Assembly (NCBI GenBank): GCA_002413755.1
Contig: DHXQ01000045.1
Coordinates: 1,814 to 44,438 of the forward strand
Origin: Candidatus Saccharibacteria bacterium UBA5152
GTDB lineage: Bacteria; Patescibacteriota; Saccharimonadia; Saccharimonadales; UBA4665
DNA length: 42,625 nt
Direction: 5' to 3'
Shown here piece by piece: positions 8,254-17,628 of the stretch (positions within the stretch are counted from its first letter, which is position 1; each line of letters opens with the position of its first letter). A program made the position numbers and the translations under genes. Under the pieces are notes generated by a model. It did no database searches, was not told the origin of the DNA, and saw only the letters and a list, made by a program, of their open reading frames with translations.

Positions 8254-9734
8254 CCGGCACACTAGCAGATTTTATGCAGCAAACTGGCTACACGGCGACG
8301 ATTGGCATCGAATGCCACGTCCAGCTCAAGACTGCCACCAAGTTATTCTCTGGTGCCAACAATGACGCCCGCGAAGCGCCACCAAACACTCTGGTAAACC
8401 ACATTGACTTCGGCCTGCCCGGGGCATTGCCGGTCCTCAACAAAGAAGCCATCCATTTGGCATCCAAGGCTGGCTTTGCACTTGGCAGCGGTCCGCAAAA
8501 GTTCAGCAAATTTGACCGCAAGCATTATTTTTACCCTGATTTACCATTCGGCTACCAGATTACGCAGTTCGACGAACCGATTATCCTTGGCGGATCAGTC
8601 CGGATCGAGCTGGAGGATGGCTCTCAGAAGACCATTGGTATCACCCGCGCCCACCTGGAGGCCGATGCCGGTAAGAGTACCCACCCGGCCGGAGCCGATT
8701 ATAGCCTGGTCGATCTAAACCGTGCCGGCACACCGCTACTCGAAATCGTCAGCGAACCCGATATGCACACCGCCCAGGAGGCCCGGGCCTATGCCCACGA
8801 GCTGTACCTGCGCATGAAATACGCCGATGTCTCCGACGCTAACCTCTACTACGGCAATATGCGCTTTGACGTTAATGTCAGTGTCAGTAAGACTGACCAA
8901 ATGGGAACCCGCACCGAGACCAAAAACCTCAATAGCTTCAAGGCAGTTGAGAAAGTTGTTGAGTACGAAATTAAGCGCCAGATCGAAGTCCTCGAAGATG
9001 GTGGCACAATTGTTCAGGAAACCCGCGGTTGGGATGACACCAAGTTCGTGACCTTCAGCCAGCGTACCAAAGAAGATGCCCATGATTATCGCTACTTCCC
9101 GGATCCTGACCTGCCACCGGTTACGCTTACCGACGAATACATCGAGCAAGTCCGGGCTGAGATGCCGACTATGCCGAGTGAGTGGCGCGAGCGGCTCAGC
9201 GGGCTGGGCCTTAGCCAGCGCCAAATTGAGACATTACTCGATGCCGAGGTCGAATTCGAGGGCGTCAGCTTCCTGCCTCTCATCGAAGCTAATTTATCAG
9301 ATACTGATCTGGCAAGGTTTATAGCTAATTGGAACGTCAATGTCTTTACCCCGTTTGTTAGAGAAGGCGTCATGAAGCTTGGCAAAGCGGATCATCTGCG
9401 AGCCGAAGTGGAGACCTACAACTTGCTCAAAGCCAACAAACTCAGTTCTACCAACGCTAAACAACTGTTTGCCGATCTCATAGCTTCAGATCATCTACCG
9501 GAGGATATTGAAAAATTTGCCGAGGATAAAGGCTATATCCAGCAGTCTGACGAAGGTGCAATCCTGGCGATCGTAGACCAGGTCTTGGCCGACAACCCGA
9601 AGGCCGCCGAGGACGTCAAGAACGGTGAAATGAAAGCCATCGGTTTCCTGACCGGCCAGGTTATGAAAGCCAGCCAGGGCAAAGCTAACCCCGGCTTAGC
9701 ACAGCAACTGATCAAGAAGCAGTTAGGGCTGTAG
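8250..9734 (+). CDS. gatB: Asp/Glu-tRNA amidotransferase subunit B
   Basis: 494 aa. IGIECHVQL, FDRKHYFYPDLP, RAHLEADAGK and a C-terminal GatB/YqeY-type tail (GFLTGQVMKASQGKANP) are present. Confidence 0.95.
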   Translation: MTGTLADFMQQTGYTATIGIECHVQLKTATKLFSGANNDAREAPPNTLVNHIDFGLPGALPVLNKEAIHLASKAGFALGSGPQKFSKFDRKHYFYPDLPFGYQITQFDEPIILGGSVRIELEDGSQKTIGITRAHLEADAGKSTHPAGADYSLVDLNRAGTPLLEIVSEPDMHTAQEARAYAHELYLRMKYADVSDANLYYGNMRFDVNVSVSKTDQMGTRTETKNLNSFKAVEKVVEYEIKRQIEVLEDGGTIVQETRGWDDTKFVTFSQRTKEDAHDYRYFPDPDLPPVTLTDEYIEQVRAEMPTMPSEWRERLSGLGLSQRQIETLLDAEVEFEGVSFLPLIEANLSDTDLARFIANWNVNVFTPFVREGVMKLGKADHLRAEVETYNLLKANKLSSTNAKQLFADLIASDHLPEDIEKFAEDKGYIQQSDEGAILAIVDQVLADNPKAAEDVKNGEMKAIGFLTGQVMKASQGKANPGLAQQLIKKQLGL

Positions 9735-9788
9735 GACCGTACAGCATTTTGGCTATGTTATACTCAACCAAATTAGAAGGAGCGCCCC

Positions 9789-10682
9789 ATGCCTAAAGTT
9801 ACCAAAGCCGTTATTGCTGCCGCCGGATTCGGCACCCGTTTCCTACCGCAAACCAAGGCCATGCCGAAGGAAATGCTGCCAATCGTCGACAAGCCGATCA
9901 TCCAGTACATCGTCGAAGACCTGGTTAAGGCCGGTATCAAAGACATTATTATCGTCGGAAGCAGCAACAAGCGCTCCATCGAAGACCACTTCGACTTGCC
10001 CAGTCAGGATTTGCTGGCCAACCTGATGTCCGGCGGCGAGAGCAAGAAGCATTACATCGAAGAGATCGAAGCTATCGCCAACCTGGCGAACTTCATATAT
10101 GTCCGCCAAAAAGGTCCGTACGGTACTGCAACGCCAATCCTAAACGCTGCCCATCTCTTTGGAAATGATCCATTTATATACTCATTTGCTGACGACCTCA
10201 CGGTCGCCACGCCTAATCTGTTTCAGCAGATGATCAGCTTGTACGACGAATTTGGTGCCGGTATAATTCCTTGCCTTAAGATAACAAATGATGCTGATTA
10301 TAAGAAGTACGGCGTTCTCGGCGGCCAGCAAGTTCGTGAGGACGTCATCAAAATGGATTCTATCATCGAAAAGCCAGGTAAAGTTGATGCACCTTCTGAT
10401 TTTGCGGCCGTCAGCGGCTACCTATTTACCCCTGATGTGATTGGTTATCTCGAGGATGGTGTCCGCAACTTGCCGGCAGGCAAAGAATTCTATGTGACCG
10501 ATAGCATTATTCAGCCCATGATCCTCGACGGCAAAGACTTTTATGGCTGCCTGATCAAGGATAGTAAGCGTTACGACCCAGGCGACAAGGTCGATTATAT
10601 CAAGACCGTCATCGACTTCGCCTTGCAGCGCGAAGATATGGGCGCCGAAATCCTCGAATTTATCCGTACTCGTGCCAAGTAA
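9789..10682 (+). CDS. galU: UTP--glucose-1-phosphate uridylyltransferase
   Basis: 297 aa. The N-terminus KAVIAAAGFGTRFLPQTKAMPKEMLPIVDKPIIQYIVED is the GalU signature. An AAGGAG Shine-Dalgarno lies upstream, and TGtTATACT is at 9756-9764. Confidence 0.9.
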   Translation: MPKVTKAVIAAAGFGTRFLPQTKAMPKEMLPIVDKPIIQYIVEDLVKAGIKDIIIVGSSNKRSIEDHFDLPSQDLLANLMSGGESKKHYIEEIEAIANLANFIYVRQKGPYGTATPILNAAHLFGNDPFIYSFADDLTVATPNLFQQMISLYDEFGAGIIPCLKITNDADYKKYGVLGGQQVREDVIKMDSIIEKPGKVDAPSDFAAVSGYLFTPDVIGYLEDGVRNLPAGKEFYVTDSIIQPMILDGKDFYGCLIKDSKRYDPGDKVDYIKTVIDFALQREDMGAEILEFIRTRAK

Positions 10683-10800
10683 GCCCTCAGTACTATGCTT
10701 TGGCACCGTTTATGTATAAAATGTTTAACAGTGTGAACTATTTAGCATCAATTGTTAACAGAGCATGCTATAACGTATAGAGAACTAACAGGAGATTCCC

Positions 10801-11046
10801 ATGGACTCAGCAGCTCAAATACTCGTTATTATCGTATCATCTGTCCTCGCTGTCTTTTTGGTGGCGGCGATCGTGTTGGTGGTACTTATCATCCAATTGG
10901 TCAAAAAGGTGAAAATCGTTGCTGACCAAGCCGAGAGAGCTGTCGAGAGCGTTACGGCTGCTGGCGAAGCCCTGAAGCGCGCCTCTGGCCCCGTTTCAGC
11001 CGTCAAAGCCATCACAACGCTGTTCAAGCAGTTCCACAAATCGTAA
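10801..11046 (+). CDS. Small membrane protein, DUF948-like
   Basis: 81 aa. It has one N-terminal TM helix followed by a charged helical tail, an AGGAG Shine-Dalgarno, and pairing with a YtxH-like gene as in Firmicutes. Family assignment is from memory of the architecture only. Confidence 0.5.
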   Translation: MDSAAQILVIIVSSVLAVFLVAAIVLVVLIIQLVKKVKIVADQAERAVESVTAAGEALKRASGPVSAVKAITTLFKQFHKS

Positions 11047-11086
11047 GCGCGATGATTATATCAATTTCAGCCACAGGAGGTAATAT

Positions 11087-11497
11087 ATGAAAAATAAGAC
11101 TAAAGGTATCGCCATCGGTGCAGTTGTCGTTGGAGCCATTGGCTATTTGGCAGGGATCCTGACTGCCCCCAAGAGCGGTAAAAAAACTCGTGACGATATC
11201 TCACAGATGCGCGATAAAGGCGTCGCCGAAGCCGAAAAGCACCTCAAGAAGATGCACACTGAGCTCAATGTTTTGATTAGTGAAGCTCAGGCCTATGCTA
11301 CCGACAGCGATAGCCGTAATAAGACTAACGAAGCCATCGAGGGCGAAGTGGTCGCTAAGGCTAATATCGCTCGCCAAAAGGCCCGTGAAATTCTCAGTGC
11401 CCTCCACGACGGCAATGCCGACGACAAAGATCTCGACAAAGCCGTTGGCGAAGCTGGCAAAGCCATCAAATCTCTCAAGAAATACCTCAAAAAGTAA
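11087..11497 (+). CDS. YtxH-domain general-stress-like protein
   Basis: 136 aa. A TM helix is followed by APKSGKKTRDDI (the YtxH hallmark) and a long charged helical region. An AGGAGG Shine-Dalgarno is present. Confidence 0.65.
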   Translation: MKNKTKGIAIGAVVVGAIGYLAGILTAPKSGKKTRDDISQMRDKGVAEAEKHLKKMHTELNVLISEAQAYATDSDSRNKTNEAIEGEVVAKANIARQKAREILSALHDGNADDKDLDKAVGEAGKAIKSLKKYLKK

Positions 11498-11523
11498 TCG
11501 CTAAATCGTTTGTTGTAAATTGT

Positions 11524-11552
11524 GCTCTCGCGCTTAAGCGTGAGAGCTTTTA
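11524..11552 (+). terminator. Rho-independent terminator after the YtxH-like gene
   Basis: GCTCTCGCGC-TTAA-GCGTGAGAGC forms a 10-bp stem with one G.U pair, followed by TTTTAT. TATAAT at 11551-11556 may then serve dnaE. Confidence 0.6.
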
Positions 11553-11595
11553 TAATGGAATAGAACAAGTAGGGTAACACGGGACAGGTTTAATC

Positions 11596-14500
11596 ATGGC
11601 ATCAGACGCACCGGCCGTTGAACGGGAGATCATCCCTATCACCGCCGAAGGTGAACCGCTCAAACCGAGCGATTACGTTCACCTGCATAACCACACCCAG
11701 TACAGTTTGCTCGACGGCCTGACCAAATTGCCGGCGCTGTTTAATCTTGTCAACGAGACGGGGATGCAAGCCGTGGCCATGACCGACCATGGTACGCTAT
11801 CTGGCGCAATTGATTTTTATAAGAAGGGCAAGGAGGCCGGCGTCAATCCGATCGTCGGTATTGAAACCTATGTCGCCTCGCGCGGCCACACCGACAAAGA
11901 TCCGCAGAAGGACAAGCAGCGCTTCCATCTGATCCTGCTAGCTATGAACCACAAAGGCTACCAAAACCTGATGCAGCTCAGCACCACTGCCAACCTGAAG
12001 GGTTTCTATTACTACCCCCGCGTTGACCATGAACTGCTCGAAAAGTACAACGAAGGCGTAATTGCGCTCAGCGCCTGTATGGGTGGTGAGGTCGGCGACG
12101 CTTTCAAGAGCGACGACCCAGAGCGGGCCTACGAGATTGCCAAGTGGTATAAATCGGTCTTCGGCGACCGCTACTACCTGGAGATCCAGGATCATGGCCA
12201 TCCCGACAATCCGCTGAATAGCGTCGACCAGCAGGCTATCAACGAGCAAGTCCTTAAGATGGGCAAAGAGCTCGGCATCCCAGTCGTCCTGACCTGTGAC
12301 GCCCACTATCTGAAGCACGAAGACCAGGACGCCCACGAGATATTGCTGTGTGTTGGTACCGGCTCGTTCCTGAGCGACGAGAAGCGTATGTCCCTCAAGG
12401 ATTATCCGCTGCACGTTGCCGAGCCTAAAGAGCTAATCGAGCGCTGGGGCACAGATCACCCAGAAGTCATCCGCAATACTCGCGCCCTCGCAGACCGCTG
12501 TCATCTGGAGATCGAACTCGGTGGTATCTTGATCCCCAAGTTCCCAGTGCCCAAGGGCGAAGACGAGAAGTCTTACCTCGACAAAACCGTCTACCAGGGA
12601 CTGATGCACCGCTACATGGGCATGTCTGTCGATGAAGCGGCCGCAACCACTATCAAGCAGGCCAAGCAGGTCCTGCCGGAGGCTGTCCTGAAGCGCAGCG
12701 AATACGAGCTGGGCGTCATTGCCCAGATGGGCTTCAACGGCTACTTCCTGATCATTGCCGACTTCATGAACTGGGGCAAAAACCAGGGGATTGTCTTCGG
12801 TCCGGGGCGCGGTTCAGCGGCCGGCTCAATTATTTCCTACGCCCTGCGGATAACTGAACTCGATCCGCTGCAGTACGACCTGCTATTTGAGCGTTTCCTG
12901 AACCCCGATCGTATCAGCATGCCGGATATCGACATCGACATTCAGGATACCCGCCGCGACGAAGTAATTCAGTATTGTTCCGACAAGTACGGCGCTGACC
13001 GGGTATCAAACATCGCCACCTTCGGTACGATGGCGGCCCGCAACGCAGTGCGGGATGTGGCCCGGGTGCTGCAGGTGCCCTACGCCGAGGCTGACCGCTG
13101 GTCCAAGATGGTGCCTGCACCGTTGCAGGGCCGCCACATCCCGCTCGAGAAGTCGATCGTCGCCGATGCTGACCTCAAAAAGGAATACGAAACAAACGAG
13201 ATTGCCAAAAAGGTCTTCGATCTGGCAATCCAGGTCGAAGGCACGATCCGCTCGCACGGTGTCCATGCCTGCGGTGTGGTGATTGCCCCCGACGATATCG
13301 TCAAATTTGCACCACTCGAGATGGCCCAAAAGGGCGTCGTCGCCACCCAGTACCCCAAGGACCCGGTCGAAGAGCTGGGCCTGCTAAAGATGGACTTCCT
13401 GGGCTTGTCCAACTTGACAGTCATGAATAACGCGCTGCGTATCATCCGCAAGGTCTACGGCAAAGAGATCGATATTAACAATCTGCCGCTGGATGACGAT
13501 AAGACCTTCGAGCTGCTGCGCCGCGGCGATACCACCGGCGTCTTCCAGTTTGAATCGTCGGGCATGAAGCGCTACCTGCGCGAACTGAAGGCCACTGAAT
13601 TTGATGATGTCATCGCTATGGGCGCCTTGTACCGCCCGGGACCGCTGAGTGCCGGGCTAACCGATAGCTTCATTAAGCGCAAAAATGGCCATGAAGACGT
13701 CGTCTACGCCCACCCCCTGATGAAGGGCGCCCTGGAGCCAACCTTCGGTGTGCTGGTCTATCAGGAGCAGGTTATGCGTATCAGCCGCGACGTCTGTGGA
13801 TTTACCGGCGGCGAAGCCGATACGCTCCGCAAGGCGATTGGTAAGAAAAAGATCGACGTTATGAAGAAGATGCAGATCAAATTCGTCGACGGTGCTGTCG
13901 CCAATGGCGTCCCCAAGCCAGTGATCGAAAAGTTCTGGAAAGACCTGCTGGGCTTCGCCGATTACTGCTTCAACAAGTCGCACTCCGCCTGCTACGGCAT
14001 GATCAGCTACCAGACCGCCTACCTGAAGGCGCACTACCCAGCCGCCTTCATGGCTGCCCTGATGACATCCGACTACGACGACACCGACCGCCTGGCGATC
14101 GAGATCAACGAGTGTCAAAAGATGGGCATCAAAGTGCTCAGCCCCGATGTCAACGAATCTTTCCTGGAATTCGCCGTGGTCCCTGACAAGGCCGACCCCG
14201 ACAACCGCTACGCGCCGATCCGCTTTGGCATGGCGGCCATCAAGAACGTCGGTACTGGTGCCGTCGAAGAAATCATCCGCGCTCGCCAGGCCGTCGGCCG
14301 CTTTGATGATCTCGAGGCATTCCTCTGCAATGTCAGCCTGCGTATCGCCAACCGCAAGACTATCGAAGCCTTGGTCAAATCCGGTGGTTTCAGCCAGCTC
14401 CAACCCGACCGCTCCAAGTTATTACAGAACATGGACGTCATGCTGGCCTTCGCCAACCGCGTCCAAAAGGACCTCAACAGCGCTCAGGCTGATCTGTTCG

Positions 14501-15381
14501 GTGACTCCGACGATACCACCGCCTTCAAGCCGCAGCTGACGCTCGAGCCAGCCACTACCATTTTCAACACCCGCGACCAACTGCTCTGGGAGCGCGAACT
14601 GCTCGGCCTATACCTCAGCCAGCACCCACTCGACAGCTACGCCACTTTCCTCGAAGAGCAAACCATCCCGCTCAGTGAGTTTAAGGCGGTGCACGATGGC
14701 AAGACCGTCAAAGTCGGCGGCGTGATCACCGATATGCGCGAAATCACCACCAAAAAAGGCGACAAGATGGCCTTCGTCAAGATCGAGGACAAATTCGGTG
14801 AAATCGAGGCCATCTTATTCCCGAGTACTTACCAGCAAACCACCGGCATCTGGGAACGCGATAAGATTATCATCATGAGCGGCAAGATCAACGCCCGCGA
14901 CCGCGACGGCAACCTGACCGACGACGTCAAAATCATGTGCGATGATGCCCGCGAAGTCACCTACGAGCAGGCCCAGGCCTACACGGCGCGCGGCCGCAAA
15001 CTGACCGTGCCCAAACCGGTGAAGGGCAAGAAGCTGGCCGCCATGCGTGGCCCGGGTGCCAAGGCAGTTGGATCAGTACCCGTCGGGCACAGAAAAGTGT
15101 CGGGCGTTGGTCTGCAGGATGATCAAGCCGAGTCCGCCGCACTGTCCAGGGCGGCGCCGGAGCGGGTCTATATCCGCATGATGAGCGCTAGCGATAGCCA
15201 GATGCTGATGGCACTCAAAGTGGCCATTGATGAGCATCAAGGTACGACCGAAGTCGTACTGGTACTCGGCGCTGACAATGCTAAACAAATTATCAAGCTA
15301 CCGATGGGTGTTAATAAGGCTCAGCCAGCCCTCGACCGCTTACAATCGCTGGTCGGCCACGAAAACGTCAAAGTTAGCTAG
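11596..15381 (+). CDS. dnaE: DNA polymerase III alpha subunit
   Basis: 1261 aa. It has the PHP domain motif HLHNHTQYSLLDG, the polymerase core motifs GRGSAAGS and PDIDIDI, a helix-hairpin-helix region, and an OB-fold tail. Confidence 0.95.
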   Translation: MASDAPAVEREIIPITAEGEPLKPSDYVHLHNHTQYSLLDGLTKLPALFNLVNETGMQAVAMTDHGTLSGAIDFYKKGKEAGVNPIVGIETYVASRGHTDKDPQKDKQRFHLILLAMNHKGYQNLMQLSTTANLKGFYYYPRVDHELLEKYNEGVIALSACMGGEVGDAFKSDDPERAYEIAKWYKSVFGDRYYLEIQDHGHPDNPLNSVDQQAINEQVLKMGKELGIPVVLTCDAHYLKHEDQDAHEILLCVGTGSFLSDEKRMSLKDYPLHVAEPKELIERWGTDHPEVIRNTRALADRCHLEIELGGILIPKFPVPKGEDEKSYLDKTVYQGLMHRYMGMSVDEAAATTIKQAKQVLPEAVLKRSEYELGVIAQMGFNGYFLIIADFMNWGKNQGIVFGPGRGSAAGSIISYALRITELDPLQYDLLFERFLNPDRISMPDIDIDIQDTRRDEVIQYCSDKYGADRVSNIATFGTMAARNAVRDVARVLQVPYAEADRWSKMVPAPLQGRHIPLEKSIVADADLKKEYETNEIAKKVFDLAIQVEGTIRSHGVHACGVVIAPDDIVKFAPLEMAQKGVVATQYPKDPVEELGLLKMDFLGLSNLTVMNNALRIIRKVYGKEIDINNLPLDDDKTFELLRRGDTTGVFQFESSGMKRYLRELKATEFDDVIAMGALYRPGPLSAGLTDSFIKRKNGHEDVVYAHPLMKGALEPTFGVLVYQEQVMRISRDVCGFTGGEADTLRKAIGKKKIDVMKKMQIKFVDGAVANGVPKPVIEKFWKDLLGFADYCFNKSHSACYGMISYQTAYLKAHYPAAFMAALMTSDYDDTDRLAIEINECQKMGIKVLSPDVNESFLEFAVVPDKADPDNRYAPIRFGMAAIKNVGTGAVEEIIRARQAVGRFDDLEAFLCNVSLRIANRKTIEALVKSGGFSQLQPDRSKLLQNMDVMLAFANRVQKDLNSAQADLFGDSDDTTAFKPQLTLEPATTIFNTRDQLLWERELLGLYLSQHPLDSYATFLEEQTIPLSEFKAVHDGKTVKVGGVITDMREITTKKGDKMAFVKIEDKFGEIEAILFPSTYQQTTGIWERDKIIIMSGKINARDRDGNLTDDVKIMCDDAREVTYEQAQAYTARGRKLTVPKPVKGKKLAAMRGPGAKAVGSVPVGHRKVSGVGLQDDQAESAALSRAAPERVYIRMMSASDSQMLMALKVAIDEHQGTTEVVLVLGADNAKQIIKLPMGVNKAQPALDRLQSLVGHENVKVS

Positions 15382-16030
15382 GGGCTGCTAAGCCCCGGGA
15401 CTCACGCATTACCGTACGTAACCTGGTAAAGGCTTCGTCGCGCGAGTGATCATCCCGCGGATTGAATGATGCCAACTCGTACGTCAGTTTAGTCACAAAA
15501 CTGACCACTGACCAGTCACGGTATCGAACCGCATATATCTCTGGGGTGTAAGCAAACTCAGCGCTAATTCCCGGAATGAGATGGAGCTCGGCTTGACCCA
15601 CCCGAAGGATTCCCGGAATGGCGCTCGGGAGGACGGTGCTAACTAAAAGGCCGATCGATTTTTGGTTACGAATAGCAAATGCCCGGGCCGAAGAACGCAA
15701 CATTCGAGTATCCGGTTCGGTAGTGCCATCCGCCCGTAGGACCACTTGGCCGCGTTTGGCTGCGCTGCCTAGCACGGCGAAGGGACTTTTGAGTACCTCA
15801 ACTACAGCCGGTTGCGCCTGACGTGAGTCCTGCCTGTCGGTCACGACTGCACCAGATTGCAGGACCAAATTGACCAGCAAGTGGCTGGCCAAATGATCGG
15901 TGCTGGCTATCAGATCGATGTCCGGATCGATGTGCATAGCCGCCTGGGCTTCGTAGCCCGGTAGGAACCGAATCGAATCGAGCCAGATGGGATTGCCATC
16001 ATTAAATTCAGCCACCAAGGGTTCACTCAT
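15374..16030 (-). CDS. Hypothetical protein
   Basis: 218-aa ORF with no family I can name. TATAAT (16037-16042, minus strand) lies 6 nt upstream of the ATG. The 3-prime end overlaps the dnaE stop convergently by 8 nt. There is a weak G-x(n)-DxD pattern (PGYEAQAAMHIDPDIDLI). Confidence 0.5.
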   Translation of the reverse strand: MSEPLVAEFNDGNPIWLDSIRFLPGYEAQAAMHIDPDIDLIASTDHLASHLLVNLVLQSGAVVTDRQDSRQAQPAVVEVLKSPFAVLGSAAKRGQVVLRADGTTEPDTRMLRSSARAFAIRNQKSIGLLVSTVLPSAIPGILRVGQAELHLIPGISAEFAYTPEIYAVRYRDWSVVSFVTKLTYELASFNPRDDHSRDEAFTRLRTVMRESRGLAAPS

Positions 16031-16066
16031 AAGTTTATTATATAACGACTATCGGATATGTAAAGG

Positions 16067-16939
16067 CTAACCAATAAAGCCAGTGGTGCGGGTCATGATG
16101 ACTCCCAGCAAGATTAAGCTGAGGATAACCAGGTCAATCGTCTTGTGATGCAGGACGAAGGCTTCGCCGCGAACCAGTAATTTGTGCCAAGCCAGAGCGT
16201 GGCGGAGTAGGAAAATCGCGGCGGCCAGCACGGTCAGCGCGCCCAGCACGGCGAAACTCCAGGGGGCGCTGCCGCCAGTGAACATCTGGACGCGTGAGAC
16301 GGTACGGTATGGACCAGCATCAGACGTGGCCGCGCCCAGCACGGCTTGGCTAGACTGTGGCGCCGCGTACATGGCCACAACAACGGTAGCCCGGCCTTTA
16401 CCTTGGAAATTATCAGCGCTGGCGATGCCAAATCCGACGTCTTGGTAACCATTGTTCAGGATGTTGGCGCGGTGCTCGGGGCTATTCATCCAGCCAGTTA
16501 CGACACTCGGAGCATCGCTAAAGCCGTAGGCCAGGTTTTCACCGGCCAATTGATAGCTATAGCCGCTGCTTTTGATAAATGTCCAGGGGGTCTGTCCGTC
16601 AGGCGTATTGTGGGACCAATAGTTGCGCCCGACCATGTCATTAGCTTTGGCTTGGGCGGCAGCGCTGAGTTCTGAGTTCAGGATAACATTCTGTTCGTGG
16701 TTGCTGGCGCGTTCGGCGTTGCTGGCCTGCAGCAGTTGCACCGTGGATACGGCGGTTGTGGCGCCCAGAACTTTCGTTTGTGACGTCCAGAAGATATTGA
16801 TGGCGAGGCCAACAATTACCAGCAACAATAGCGGCAAATATGGATGGTAGGCCTTCAAGTAATGATGGTCTTGTTTGTGGTGTTGGCCGCGGACCCGTTT
16901 GTGACTGATAGATTGCTTGTGTGGTGTTGTCAGAGACAT
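16067..16939 (-). CDS. CAP/SCP (YkwD-like) domain protein flanked by transmembrane segments
   Basis: 290 aa. CAP-domain motifs are present: NYWSHNTPDG, GENLAYGF, GWMNSPEHRANIL, GFGIA. There is one N-terminal TM helix and two C-terminal TM helices. Confidence 0.75.
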   Translation of the reverse strand: MSLTTPHKQSISHKRVRGQHHKQDHHYLKAYHPYLPLLLLVIVGLAINIFWTSQTKVLGATTAVSTVQLLQASNAERASNHEQNVILNSELSAAAQAKANDMVGRNYWSHNTPDGQTPWTFIKSSGYSYQLAGENLAYGFSDAPSVVTGWMNSPEHRANILNNGYQDVGFGIASADNFQGKGRATVVVAMYAAPQSSQAVLGAATSDAGPYRTVSRVQMFTGGSAPWSFAVLGALTVLAAAIFLLRHALAWHKLLVRGEAFVLHHKTIDLVILSLILLGVIMTRTTGFIG

Positions 16940-17008
16940 GTCTTATGAGGTGTTTATTTTGATTAACTGGTTATATTATACCATAAGCGTCAAGGGCGCC
17001 GCGGCGTG

Positions 17009-17539
17009 TCAGACAAACCGGCAGTGGTATAGCGCCATGGCGGCAGCCTGGACGACATTGTACGATTCTTTGTGACCGTACATCGGTATTTCCACAATGT
17101 CGTCACAGGCCGCCAGCACCTCGGGCTCAACGCCCTCGACTTCGCGGCCGAGGAGTAGGGCGACCTTGCCTGGCGGCTGGTAGGCAGGCAGTTTTACGCT
17201 GGTCGCGGCTTGTTCGACGGCGACGATACGCCAGCCGTCAGCCTTCAGTCGGCGGACGACTTCATAGATGTCCGGTGCATGCTGCCAGGCGATCATATGT
17301 TCGGCGCCGAGGGCAGTTTTGTTGATCTGACGAGCCAGCTTGGCGGCAATGTGCGGCAGGCGCCGATCGGGGGTTTTTGATGAGCCGTCAATTGGGTAGG
17401 GTGAATAGCCGCTGAGGATGACCTTTTGAACGCCAATACCTTCGGCGGTCCGAAACAGCGAACCGACGTTATGACAGCTGCGCAGATTGTGGGCAATCAG
17501 TATGATCTCACGGGGTGAATCAGATTTCATCATTGTCAC
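17009..17539 (-). CDS. SpoU/TrmH-family RNA 2-prime-O-methyltransferase
   Basis: 176 aa. SpoU motifs are present: AHNLRSCHNVGSLFRTAEGIG, LLLGREVEGV, IPMYGHKESYNV. The GTG at 17539 overlaps a TATAGT box, so the start is more likely the ATG at 17533 or 17530. Confidence 0.8.
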   Translation of the reverse strand: MTMMKSDSPREIILIAHNLRSCHNVGSLFRTAEGIGVQKVILSGYSPYPIDGSSKTPDRRLPHIAAKLARQINKTALGAEHMIAWQHAPDIYEVVRRLKADGWRIVAVEQAATSVKLPAYQPPGKVALLLGREVEGVEPEVLAACDDIVEIPMYGHKESYNVVQAAAMALYHCRFV

Positions 17540-17628
17540 TATAGCCTATGAAGATAGGTTTGTTCTAGCGGCTATTTTAGTCATAAGAATTTTGGCCGGA
17601 TGGGCGCTGACGCGGTATACTACTGTAT

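Noticed and set aside
13657-14403. 248-aa minus-strand ORF inside dnaE, and similar ones such as 25506-26234 inside nusA and 27314-27865 inside clpC
   Set aside because: They are antisense to strongly supported conserved genes and have no independent signals.
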